A stretch of DNA of 64,000 bases, from positions 286 through 64,285 of the forward strand of contig VBKJ01000135.1 of the NCBI GenBank assembly GCA_005879795.1. Reading direction: 5' to 3'. Origin of the DNA: Deltaproteobacteria bacterium (GTDB lineage: Bacteria; Desulfobacterota; Binatia; DP-6). A program made the position numbers and the translations under genes. This document shows, one piece after another, positions 19,321-32,654 of the stretch (position 1 is the stretch's first letter; every line of letters starts with the position of its first letter). Under the pieces are notes generated by a model, which saw only the letters and a program-made list of their open reading frames with translations, was not told where the DNA came from and made no database searches.

Positions 19321-20346
19321 TCAGTGCACCTCGGCGATGCGGTCGAGCAGGCCCGACTTGACCCGCCCGTAGAGCTCGTTCGGCCGACAGAAGCGGCGGA
19401 GCAGGTCGCCCAGCATCGGGAGCTGGCTCCGGTACTCGCCGAGCGCCCCCTCCTTGGCGGCCAGCTCGGCGGGCACGAGGTCGGTCTCCGTCCACAGCGT
19501 GTCGGGGATGTTCTGACGGGAGGGCGGCGCGAGGCGGTCGCGGTCGGTGCCGGCGCTCGGCCACACGGGGTTGTGCACCAGGTAGGTGAGGACGAGCACG
19601 TGCTCCGGGAGCACGTGTGCGGCCTGGAGCGCGTCGAGCGCGTCGATCACGAAGTAGCTCGCGGTCGCATGGTCGAGGTGCGCGTCGTAGGGGTGCGGGA
19701 TCACCACCACCGTCGGCCGGAAGGTGCGCAGCTCGCGGGCGACGAGCGAGGCCAGGTCCTGCCCGTCGTACTCGGCGCCGTCGGGCGCGGGAGGGCTGTC
19801 CTCCTTGGTGTAGGGCGAGGTGTAGGGGTTGGTGCGCGACCAGTGATCGCGCCAGAGCTGAGCGAGGCCGCCGTCGGGGAATCCGAGGAAGACGAGGTCG
19901 CGGCGGTGGAGCCCCAGGTGACGGGCGGCGGCAACCGCCTCGCGCCGCCGGAGCTCCCCGAACTCGAGGTAGTCGGTGTCGCGCGGCTTCTGCTCGTGGA
20001 AGTCCTGCGCCACCGCCTGCGGGTAGCCGTCGCCGTTGGTGACGAACACGATGCGCACCGGGGCGCCGCGGCGCGCGAGGCGGAGGATCAGGCCGCCGGC
20101 GCCGATCGTCTCGTCGTCGGGGTGCGGGGCGATGACGAGCACGCGCGCACCCGGGGGGACGACGAGCGGCGCACGCCGCGGGCGGGTGCCGGCCGGGACG
20201 GCCCCCAGGGCCGCGGCGGCGGCGAGGAGGACGCCCAGGAGCGACGCGAAGCCCGGGTGGGCCCGCGGGAGACGGCTCGGGGTCTGCAAGCGTTCGGGGA
20301 CGACGTCCTCGAATCTACGCTGCACGCGCGGCGCGGGCAAGCGCAC
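19321..20346 (-). CDS. PIG-L/LmbE family deacetylase
   Basis: APHPDDE, RRREA, LGFPDG, HLDH motifs. Start uncertain; a hydrophobic signal-like segment lies near residues 35-50. Confidence 0.88.
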   Translation of the reverse strand: MRLPAPRVQRRFEDVVPERLQTPSRLPRAHPGFASLLGVLLAAAAALGAVPAGTRPRRAPLVVPPGARVLVIAPHPDDETIGAGGLILRLARRGAPVRIVFVTNGDGYPQAVAQDFHEQKPRDTDYLEFGELRRREAVAAARHLGLHRRDLVFLGFPDGGLAQLWRDHWSRTNPYTSPYTKEDSPPAPDGAEYDGQDLASLVARELRTFRPTVVVIPHPYDAHLDHATASYFVIDALDALQAAHVLPEHVLVLTYLVHNPVWPSAGTDRDRLAPPSRQNIPDTLWTETDLVPAELAAKEGALGEYRSQLPMLGDLLRRFCRPNELYGRVKSGLLDRIAEVH

Positions 20347-20375
20347 GTGGCGGCTCCCGGGCTGGCTGGGAATCC

Positions 20376-20398
20376 ATATCGCAACACGATATATATCG
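20376..20398. promoter_or_regulatory. Overlapping palindromes ATATCG-N5-CGATAT and CGATATATATCG, probable MarR operator
   Basis: AT-rich dyads ending 8 bp before the MarR GTG in otherwise very GC-rich DNA. Confidence 0.6.
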
Positions 20399-20405
20399 AC
20401 CGACC

Positions 20406-20867
20406 GTGGTCGCTCGCGACGTCACGCTGGCGGAGTACCGGGCGCTGGCCGAGTTCCGCCAGACGCTGCGGCGCTTCTACACCTTCAGCGCCGAGGCGGC
20501 GCGCGCGGCCGGGCTCCAGCCACAGCAGCACCAGCTCCTGCTCGCGCTCCGCGGCCTGCCCGGCGGCGCCGAGGCGACGATCGGCATGCTCGCCGAGGGG
20601 CTCGGCATCCGGCACCACAGCGCCGTCGAGCTGGTCGATCGCATGGAGGCGCGCGGCCTGGTCAGGCGAGCGCGCGGCGCGCGCGACCGCCGCCGGGTCC
20701 TGGTGCGACTCGCCCCGCACGGGCGGGCGCTCCTGCTGCGGCTGACGCTCGCCCATCGCGCCGAGCTGCGCTCGATCGGCCCCGCGCTGGTGCGTGCACT
20801 CGGCCGGCTCGTCCGCCCGCCCGCGCCGGCGCGGCGGTCTGGAGGTCGCCATGCGGGCCGGCGCTGA
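20406..20867 (+). CDS. MarR family transcriptional regulator
   Basis: GLQPQQHQLLLAL, HHSAVELVDRMEARGLVRR, DRRRVLVRL. Confidence 0.92.
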   Translation: MVARDVTLAEYRALAEFRQTLRRFYTFSAEAARAAGLQPQQHQLLLALRGLPGGAEATIGMLAEGLGIRHHSAVELVDRMEARGLVRRARGARDRRRVLVRLAPHGRALLLRLTLAHRAELRSIGPALVRALGRLVRPPAPARRSGGRHAGRR

Positions 20868-22677
20868 GCCGGGGGCGGCCGCCCCCGGCGACTTCACCAC
20901 CACCTGGCGCGTCGTCCCGATGGCGCTCGCCGGAGTCGGGATCGGCGTCCTGGCGGCCTACGTCGCGCTCGCGCTCCTGCGCCTGATCGGGCTCTTCACG
21001 AACCTCTTCTTCTTCCAGCGCTGGGACACTGCGCTCGTCTCGCCGGCGGGCAACCGGCTCGGCCCGCTCGTCGTCCTCGTGCCGGTGGTGGGCGCGCTCC
21101 TGGTCGGGCTCATGGCGCGCTACGGCTCCGAACGCATCCGCGGCCACGGCATCCCCGAGGCGATCGAGTCGATCCTGATCGGCGGCAGCCGGGTCCAACC
21201 GCGGCTCGCCCTGCTCAAACCCCTCTCGGCCGCGATCTCGATCGGCAGCGGCGGTCCGTTCGGCGCCGAGGGGCCGATCATCATGACCGGGGGCGCCTTC
21301 GGCTCCCTGGTGGCGCAGTTCTTCGAGCTGACCGCCGCGGAGCGGAAGACGCTCCTCGTGGCCGGCGCGGCGGCGGGTATGTCGGCCACCTTCGCCTCGC
21401 CGGTGGCCGCAGTGCTGCTCGCGGTCGAGCTCCTTCTCTTCGAGTGGAAGCCGCGCAGCATGGTCCCGGTGGGCCTCGCCAGCGCCACCGCCGCCGCGGC
21501 GCGACGCTACATCATCGGGCTCGGGCCGCTCTTTCCGACCCCGCCGCACCCGCTCTTCATCGGCCCCGGGGGTCTGGTCGGCTGCGTGGTGACCGGGCTC
21601 GCCGCGGGCGCGCTCTCGGCGCTCCTGACGCTCGCCGTCTATGGTGCCGAGGACGCCTTCCGCCTGCTCCCCATTCACTGGATGTGGTGGCCGGCGCTGG
21701 GCGGGCTGGTCGTCGGCCTGGGCGGGCTGGTCTTCCCTCAGGCGCTCGGGGTGGGCTACGACACGATCGGGGCACTCCTCCAGGGCGAGCTGCCGCGCCG
21801 TGCTCTGATCGGCATCCTGCTCGTCAAGTCGATCATCTGGAGCGTGTCGCTCGGCTCCGGCACCTCGGGCGGCGTGCTCGCTCCCCTCCTCCTCGTGGGC
21901 GGCGCGCTGGGCGGGCTCGAGGCCGCGTTCCTGCCGTCGGAGGGGGCGGGCTTCTGGCCGCTCGTCAGCATGGGCGCCATGCTCGGCGGCACCATGCGCT
22001 CGCCCTTCACGGGCGTCGTCTTCGCCGTCGAGCTGACGCACGACGTGAGCGTGCTCCTCCCCCTCCTGCTCGCGGTCACCATCGCGCACGCCACGACCGT
22101 GCTCGCGCTCCGGCGCTCCATCCTGACCGAGAAGGTGGCGCGGCGCGGCTACCACCTGACCCGCGAGTACGCGGTCGACCCGCTCGAGATCCTCTTCGTG
22201 CGCGAGGTGATGCGGCCCGGCGTCGCCGTGCTGCCCGCGGAGCTGCCGCTCGCGGGGCTCGAGCGCTGGCTCGAGGCCGACGGGCGCACGCGGCGGGAGC
22301 GCCTCTACCCGGTGGTCGACGCCGAGCGCCGTTTGCTCGGCGTGGTGCGCTGGGGCGACCTCCCGGAGCTCCTGCGCGAGCAAGGCGCCGCGGCCGGCCG
22401 CCTCCTCGCCGAGGTGGTGCGCCGCGAGGCGGTGGTCGCCCACCCCGACGACCCGCTGCGCGTGGTCGCCTACCGGATGGCCGAGACCGGGCTCACGCGC
22501 TTCCCGGTGGTCGAGCGGGGCGAGGGACGGCGGCTGGTCGGCATCATCGCGTTACGCGATCTCCTCGAAGCGCGGATGCGGATCCTGGAGGCCGAGCACC
22601 GGCGCGAGCGCGTGCTGCCCCTGCGTCTGGTCTTCCCCTGGAGCAAGCGCCGGCGGCCGAGCGATGCCGCCGCGTGA
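20851..22677 (+). CDS. ClC chloride channel/antiporter with C-terminal CBS pair
   Basis: GHGIPE, GAEGP, GVGYD, GTSGGVLAP; CBS region. GGAGG Shine-Dalgarno before ATG 20851. Confidence 0.93.
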   Translation: MRAGAEPGAAAPGDFTTTWRVVPMALAGVGIGVLAAYVALALLRLIGLFTNLFFFQRWDTALVSPAGNRLGPLVVLVPVVGALLVGLMARYGSERIRGHGIPEAIESILIGGSRVQPRLALLKPLSAAISIGSGGPFGAEGPIIMTGGAFGSLVAQFFELTAAERKTLLVAGAAAGMSATFASPVAAVLLAVELLLFEWKPRSMVPVGLASATAAAARRYIIGLGPLFPTPPHPLFIGPGGLVGCVVTGLAAGALSALLTLAVYGAEDAFRLLPIHWMWWPALGGLVVGLGGLVFPQALGVGYDTIGALLQGELPRRALIGILLVKSIIWSVSLGSGTSGGVLAPLLLVGGALGGLEAAFLPSEGAGFWPLVSMGAMLGGTMRSPFTGVVFAVELTHDVSVLLPLLLAVTIAHATTVLALRRSILTEKVARRGYHLTREYAVDPLEILFVREVMRPGVAVLPAELPLAGLERWLEADGRTRRERLYPVVDAERRLLGVVRWGDLPELLREQGAAAGRLLAEVVRREAVVAHPDDPLRVVAYRMAETGLTRFPVVERGEGRRLVGIIALRDLLEARMRILEAEHRRERVLPLRLVFPWSKRRRPSDAAA

Positions 22678-22765
22678 GACCGCGCGCCGCCCCAGGGGTG
22701 TGGCGAAGCGCCCCGCCCGGCCGCGCGCGGGCCCGTCTTCTCGGCGCCGCGTGCCTGACTCCGCC

Positions 22766-22781
22766 CGGAACGGCCCATGCA
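22766..22781 (+). promoter_or_regulatory. Possible sigma54 promoter CGGAAC-N5-ATGC
   Basis: GG at 22767-68 and GC at 22779-80 have -24/-12 spacing, upstream of the receiver gene. Confidence 0.35.
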
Positions 22782-22796
22782 AGCGGCCCGGTCGTG

Positions 22797-23219
22797 ATGC
22801 CCGCCCCGGCCCCCGGCGCCCCGCCCCGCCGCCAGCCGCTCGTATTGCTCGCCGAGGACGACGCCGAGTTCCGCCACCTGCTCGCCACGGTGCTGGCGGA
22901 GGAAGGCTACGAGGTGGTCGAGGCCGGGGATGGGCTCGCCCTCCTCGCCTCCATTGAGGACACCCTGACCGTCCGGCGCGAGCGCCCCGAGGCTTTCCTG
23001 GTGGTGACCGACGTCCGCATGCCGGGCCTCACCGGCCTCGACGTCCTCGCCATCCTGCGCTGCGCGAACCGGGTCACCCCCGTCATCCTGATCACCGCCT
23101 TCGGCGACGAGGCGACGCACGCCGAGGGGCGCGAGCTGGGCGCGGTGGCCGTGTTCGACAAGCCCTTCAACGTCGACGCGCTGAGGGCCACGGTGCTGGA
23201 GACGATCCCACCGCGGTGA
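22797..23219 (+). CDS. Single-domain response regulator
   Basis: LLAEDD, VVTDVRMPG, ITAFG, FDKPF. Confidence 0.88.
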   Translation: MPAPAPGAPPRRQPLVLLAEDDAEFRHLLATVLAEEGYEVVEAGDGLALLASIEDTLTVRRERPEAFLVVTDVRMPGLTGLDVLAILRCANRVTPVILITAFGDEATHAEGRELGAVAVFDKPFNVDALRATVLETIPPR

Positions 23220-23283
23220 GCGCGGCGGGGCCCTCCGCCCGCCAACTCTTGATGAATGGCCGCGAGCCAGGCACGACACTGGC

Positions 23284-23841
23284 GTGGAGGACTTCCTCGC
23301 CCGCTACGGCCTGCTCGCCGTCTTCGCGGCGGCCGCCATCGAGGGCGACGCCAGCGTGGTGCTGGCCGGCGTCGTGGCCCACCTGGGCTTCTTCTCGCTG
23401 CCGCGCGCGGTGCAGGCGGCCTCGCTCGGCGGCCTGGTCGGCGACTCGGCGTGGTACGCGCTCGGGCGGCTGAACGCCGCGGCCGTGCGCCAGAGCCGCC
23501 TCTATCTCCGCGCCGCGCCCCTCATCGAGCGGCTGGTCGCGCGCCTCGGCGCGCGCGAGATCGTCATCTCCCGGTTCGTCTACGGCACGCGCATCGCGAG
23601 CATGTTCTACTGGGGGGTGCACGGGCTGCCATACGGGCGCTTCGCGCTCTTCGACCTCGTCGGCTGCGTGCTCTCGGCGAGCGCGCTCGCCGGCCTGGGC
23701 TTCGTCCTCAGCACGAGCGCCGTGGCGCTGGTCGGCCGGGTCAGGCGGGCCGAGCTCTGGCTGCTCGCCGTGCTGGGGACGAGCCTGACCGTCCTCGCCG
23801 TCGTCCGGCACGTGGTGCGGCGAGTGGCGCGCGAACGGTGA
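23284..23841 (+). CDS. DedA family membrane protein
   Basis: IEGD, GDSAWYALGR, SRFVYGTR motifs. Confidence 0.88.
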   Translation: MEDFLARYGLLAVFAAAAIEGDASVVLAGVVAHLGFFSLPRAVQAASLGGLVGDSAWYALGRLNAAAVRQSRLYLRAAPLIERLVARLGAREIVISRFVYGTRIASMFYWGVHGLPYGRFALFDLVGCVLSASALAGLGFVLSTSAVALVGRVRRAELWLLAVLGTSLTVLAVVRHVVRRVARER

Positions 23842-23900
23842 GAGCCTGGGCAGGGAACCCGCTCGCCCAGCCGGCGGGTTTCGGGTAGCGTTGGCGAGCC

Positions 23901-25423
23901 GTGCACCGTACGCTGCGCCTGCAGCTGATCGCGATCGTGGTGGCCACCGTCGCCACCGTGCTGGCCGCCTCCCAGTGGCTCGACACCCGCCTCTCGGAGA
24001 GCGCCCTCGAACACGACCTCGAGGAGCGTGCGGTTCTCTACCTGCGTACGGTCGAGTCACTCTGGGGGCGCACCGGTGCCGAGGCGCTGCGCCGCAAGCT
24101 CCAGACGCTGGTCGACGGCGACCGCGAGCTCACCGCGGTGGACGTGCTCCGGCAGCGGGCGGGCCGCTTCGAGCTCGCGCTCACCACCCGGCCGGCGGGC
24201 GAGAGCGCACCGCTCGAGCTCGATGCCGCGCAGCAGGCCGCGCTCCTGGCCGAGGGGGTCCTGCGCACCGCGACCGCGACCGAGGGCCGTGAGGGCGCGG
24301 AGATCTGGCGCATGGCCGGCCCGCTCGTGCGCGACGGTGCGCTGGCGGGCGCGGTGCAGGTGGAGTTCTCCCTCCTCGAGGTCGCACGCCTCGAGCGCCG
24401 GCTGCGCAGCATCGGGGGCATATTCCTGGTGTCCTCGATCGGGCTCATCTCGTTTCTCCTGGCGCTCTTCCTCGAGCGGCGGGTGGGGCACCCGGTGGCG
24501 GCGCTCGTCGGCGGCATGCGCCGCGCCGAGGCGGGCGAGCTCGAGGCGCGCGTCAGCGTGCCGGGGGGCGGGGAGTTCGCCTTCCTGGCGGGGAGCTTCA
24601 ATCGCATGCTGGCGCGGCTCGAGGACCTGACCGCCGGGCTCGAGTCGCGGGTGCGCCAGGCGACGCGCGAGCTGGCCGACGCGAACCGCGAGCTCAAGGA
24701 GGCGAACGAGAAGCTCTGGAGCGCGCAGCTCGAGGTCGGCCGCAGCGAGCGGCTGGCCGCCCTCGGGCAGATGGCCGCCACCATCGCCCACGAGCTGGGC
24801 ACGCCGCTCAACTCGGTGCTCGGCTACACCCAGCTTCTCCTGCGCGAGGACCTGCCGGCCGAACACGCGAACAAGCTCGCGGTGATCGAGTCGCAGGTGC
24901 AGCGCATGATCGAGACCATCCGCAGCGTGCTCGGCCGCACCCGCGATCGCGAGATCGGCCGTGGTCCGGTGGCGCTCGCGCCGCTGGTCACCGAGGCGCT
25001 CGCGCTGGTCGCGACCCGCCTCGCGGGCCGCGCGCTCGTGCTGCGCAGCGAGGTCCCGCCCGACCTCCCGCCAGTGCCGGGCGACGTGGCCGCGCTGCGC
25101 CAGGTGCTCATCAACCTCCTCGCCAACGCCATCGACGCCACCGAGCCGCCGGGTACGATCGTGGTCGGCGCCGGCGTGCTCTCCCCGAACGGCCGCGGGC
25201 CGCACCTGGAGATCACGGTCCGCGACAGCGGCCACGGCATGCCGGAGGACGAGATCCGGCGCGTCTTCGAGCCCTTTTACACCACCAAGGCGCCCGGGCG
25301 CGGCACCGGCCTCGGGCTCGCCATCGTGGACCACGTCGTGCGCGCGCACGGCGGCCAGGTCGTGGTCGAGTCGAGCCCGGGCCGGGGCACGACGATGCAC
25401 GTGCGCCTGCCGCTGGAGGCCTG

Positions 25424-25424
<1 letters not shown>
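23901..25424 (+). CDS. HAMP-domain sensor histidine kinase
   Basis: Two TM helices, HAMP ([12 protein letters not shown]), [19 protein letters not shown]. Confidence 0.93.
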
Positions 25425-26776
<1,352 letters not shown>

Positions 26777-26854
26777 CCGAGACCGATTGCCACACCGCCG
26801 GGGCAGGCGGTCCCGCTCCCGCGGGCGATCCGGCCGCAATCGCGCCATTCGCCG

Positions 26855-26871
26855 TTGGCACTCCGCTTGCT
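26855..26871 (+). promoter_or_regulatory. Sigma54 promoter TTGGCAC-TCCGC-TTGCT
   Basis: Exact match to TGGCAC-N5-TTGC, about 80 bp after the sigma54 activator stop. Confidence 0.75.
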
Positions 26872-26880
26872 CGCCCGGGC

Positions 26881-27060
26881 ATGAGCCGTTTCCACGCTGT
26901 CGCCGTTCCCGCTTCGCCGGTCATGACCCGCGAGGTGGTGGACCCGCGGCGGGCCCGTTGCGGATCTCGGAGTGAAGACGTCGGCGGTCCCGTCCGTCCA
27001 AGGGCGTGGATGAGGACATGGCGGGAGCGCTGGCGCTGGTTCGGTCTCGCGCAGGAATGA
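26881..27060 (+). CDS. Possible small protein (59 aa) downstream of the sigma54 promoter
   Basis: ATG 26881 to TGA 27060 (MSRFHAVAV...[10 protein letters not shown]); no SD, would be leaderless. No family recognised. Confidence 0.25.
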   Translation: MSRFHAVAVPASPVMTREVVDPRRARCGSRSEDVGGPVRPRAWMRTWRERWRWFGLAQE

Positions 27061-28033
27061 CTCCCGCGTCCTGCGCGTGTGTGGCGCGGAGCGGGCCTCG
27101 GCTCATCCCCCCATGGGCCACCCGCTCCGCGTCGTCTTCTCTCCCGGCGGGGCGGGCGTGAGCCGGCCCGCGCCGTCCTTCGAACGGCATCGAGTCGAGG
27201 GTCCGCGACGTCGGCGGCGAGCGCGGCGTCGCCGTCAGCATCGAGCGGGACAGGGCGGTGCAGCCGCTGCCTCGACCCGGCCGAGGAAGTCGGCCGCGAG
27301 ACGCGCCACCTCGTCGCGGTCGTAGTCGAGCGTCACCACGTGCCAGCTCCGCTCGAGCACGTGGCTCTCGATGACGCGCGAGCCGAGGCTCCGGCGCGCC
27401 AGCTCGAGGTTGGCGAGCGGCACGCTGTGGTCGTGGCGCCCGTGGAGGAGGAGTGCCGGCTGCGTGACGCGTCCGATCTCGCCTCGCACGAGGGCCTGGA
27501 GGCGCAGCACCTCGAGCACCGCGGCGAGCGGCATGGCGCGGTAGCTCCGGCTCGCGGCGCGCACGGCGGGATCCGCGATGTCCGGCCCGCCGGGCTTGGG
27601 GATCGTGGCCCAGCGGCGCGCGATCCACGGGATGCGCGCGAGCAGCGGCAGCCAGCGCGCGCCCGCGCCGCCCAGCTTTAGGGGCGTGCCGCAGAGGACG
27701 AGGGCCGAGACCTCCGAGGGGCGCGTCGCCGCGAGGTGGAGCGCCAGGAGCGCGCCAAGCGACATGCCGGCGACCGCGAGCGCGGGCACGTCGCGGCGGA
27801 GGCGGTCGGCGCCCTCGGCGACGGACGCGAACCACTCCGCCCAGCGGGTGGCGGCCAGGTCGGCGACCCGGGTCCCGTGGCCGGCCAGGCGTACGGCGCG
27901 GACCGGGAAGCCCCGCGCGGCCAGCGCCTCGCCGAGCGGGCGCATCTCGTCGGGCGTGGCGGTGAAGCCGTGGATCAGGAGGCAGCCGAGGGGCCGGGAG
28001 CCCGCGAGCGCGAAGCCCTCGGCCGCGGGCGCG

Positions 28034-31131
<3,098 letters not shown>

Positions 31132-31308
31132 CGCGGCGCGAGAAACGCGCGCCGCGCGCAATCACCCAACCGACCCCCACCATGGAGGGAGGCTGAGCGC
31201 GAGAGCGCTCAAGCCAGCCGACGGGGTCTGGGGCGCGCGGCGGAGCCGCGCGGGCGTTGGACGCGGAGCGCCCGGAGGGCGCGAGCACCGGACGGGCCCC
31301 CGGTAACG

Positions 31309-32160
31309 TTGGACTACATCCGTCGCAACGGCGTCGTGCTCACCGTGGCGCTCTGCCTCGTCGTCGGGGCAGCGCTGGTCGTGCGCAGCGGCCGCACCGC
31401 GGGCCGCGCCGACCCGCTCGGACGCGCCTTCCTCGAGCTGATGGCGCCGCTCGAGCGCGCCGCTTCCGCCCTCGGCCGCGCCATCTCCGGGAGCTGGCGC
31501 GGCGTGGCCGACCTGGTGCGCGCGCGGGGCGAGAACGCCGCGCTGCGCGAGCGGGTGCGGCGCCTCGAGCAGGAGCTCGATCGGCTCTCGGAGGTGGAGC
31601 TCGAGAACGCGCGCCTCCGCCCGCTCCTCGACTTCCGGCAGACGCTGCAGGGGGAGCTCCTCGCCGCGCGCGTCATCGGACGGGACGCGACCGGGCTGGC
31701 GCGCACGCTCACCATCGACCGCGGCGAGAGCGCGGGGCTGGCGCGGGGGGCGGCGGTGCTCGTGCCCGAGGGCATCGTCGGGCAGGTGTTCCTCGTGAGC
31801 CGGCATGCAGCTCGCGTCCTGCTCGTCACCGACCACAACAGCGGGGTGGATGCGCTCGTGCAGCGCACGCGTGCCCGTGGCATCGTACAGGGGACGGTGG
31901 ACGCGGGCTGCGTGCTCAACTACGTGAAGCGCACCGAGGACGTACAGGTGGGGGACACGCTCGTCACCTCCGGGCTCGACGGCATCTTCCCGAAAGGCCT
32001 GCCCATCGGGCGCGTGACGACCATCGACAAGCGGGGGCAGGGCCTCTTCCAGTCGGCCGAGGTCACGCCCGACCTGGATCCCGAGCGGCTCGAGGAGGTG
32101 CTCGTGACGCGCGGTCCGGTCACGCCCGTCGAGCCCGCGCCGGCGGCGCCGGGGAAGTAG
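31309..32160 (+). CDS. mreC: Rod shape-determining protein MreC
   Basis: TM plus coiled coil ELENARLRPLL, GIVGQV, GDTLVTSGLDGIFPKG. Confidence 0.95.
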   Translation: MDYIRRNGVVLTVALCLVVGAALVVRSGRTAGRADPLGRAFLELMAPLERAASALGRAISGSWRGVADLVRARGENAALRERVRRLEQELDRLSEVELENARLRPLLDFRQTLQGELLAARVIGRDATGLARTLTIDRGESAGLARGAAVLVPEGIVGQVFLVSRHAARVLLVTDHNSGVDALVQRTRARGIVQGTVDAGCVLNYVKRTEDVQVGDTLVTSGLDGIFPKGLPIGRVTTIDKRGQGLFQSAEVTPDLDPERLEEVLVTRGPVTPVEPAPAAPGK

Positions 32161-32161
32161 G

Positions 32162-32653
32162 GTGCGGACCGGAGTCGCGCTGGCGCTCGCGGCGGTCGTC
32201 GCCATGCTCATCCAGACTACGATCTTCCCGTCGCTCCCGGGCCTGCCGGTCGTGCCCGACCTGATCCTCGTCCTGGCGGTGTACCTGGGCGCGGCACACC
32301 ACACGGTCGGAGGTGCGGCCGGCGCGTTCCTGCTCGGCTACTTCCTCGACACCTTCTCGGGCACCCTGCTCGGGCAGAACGCCTTCGCGCTCTCCGCCGT
32401 GTACTTGAGCGTGCGGTTCTTCGCCCGCCACCTCTGGTTCGAGCGGGGGCTCCCCGTCATGGCGCTCGCCTTCTACGGGAGCCTGGTGCACAGCGCGGCG
32501 GTGGTGGCGGCCGCCACGCTGGCAGCGACGCCCAACCCCGTCGGGCACCATGCGCTGCGCACCGGGTTCGCCTGCGCGGCCCTGGCGGCCCTGGTCGCTC
32601 CGGCGGTGTTCGCCGCGCTGGCGTGGGAGAAGCGCCTCCTGGGTCTCGCCTGA
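32162..32653 (+). CDS. mreD: Rod shape-determining protein MreD
   Basis: Hydrophobic, PDLIL and GYFLDTFSG motifs; operon position. Confidence 0.88.
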   Translation: MRTGVALALAAVVAMLIQTTIFPSLPGLPVVPDLILVLAVYLGAAHHTVGGAAGAFLLGYFLDTFSGTLLGQNAFALSAVYLSVRFFARHLWFERGLPVMALAFYGSLVHSAAVVAAATLAATPNPVGHHALRTGFACAALAALVAPAVFAALAWEKRLLGLA

Positions 32654-32654
32654 G

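Noticed and set aside
23269-23283. AGGCAC-N5-TGGC as a sigma54 promoter for dedA
   Set aside because: The transcription start would fall inside the coding sequence.
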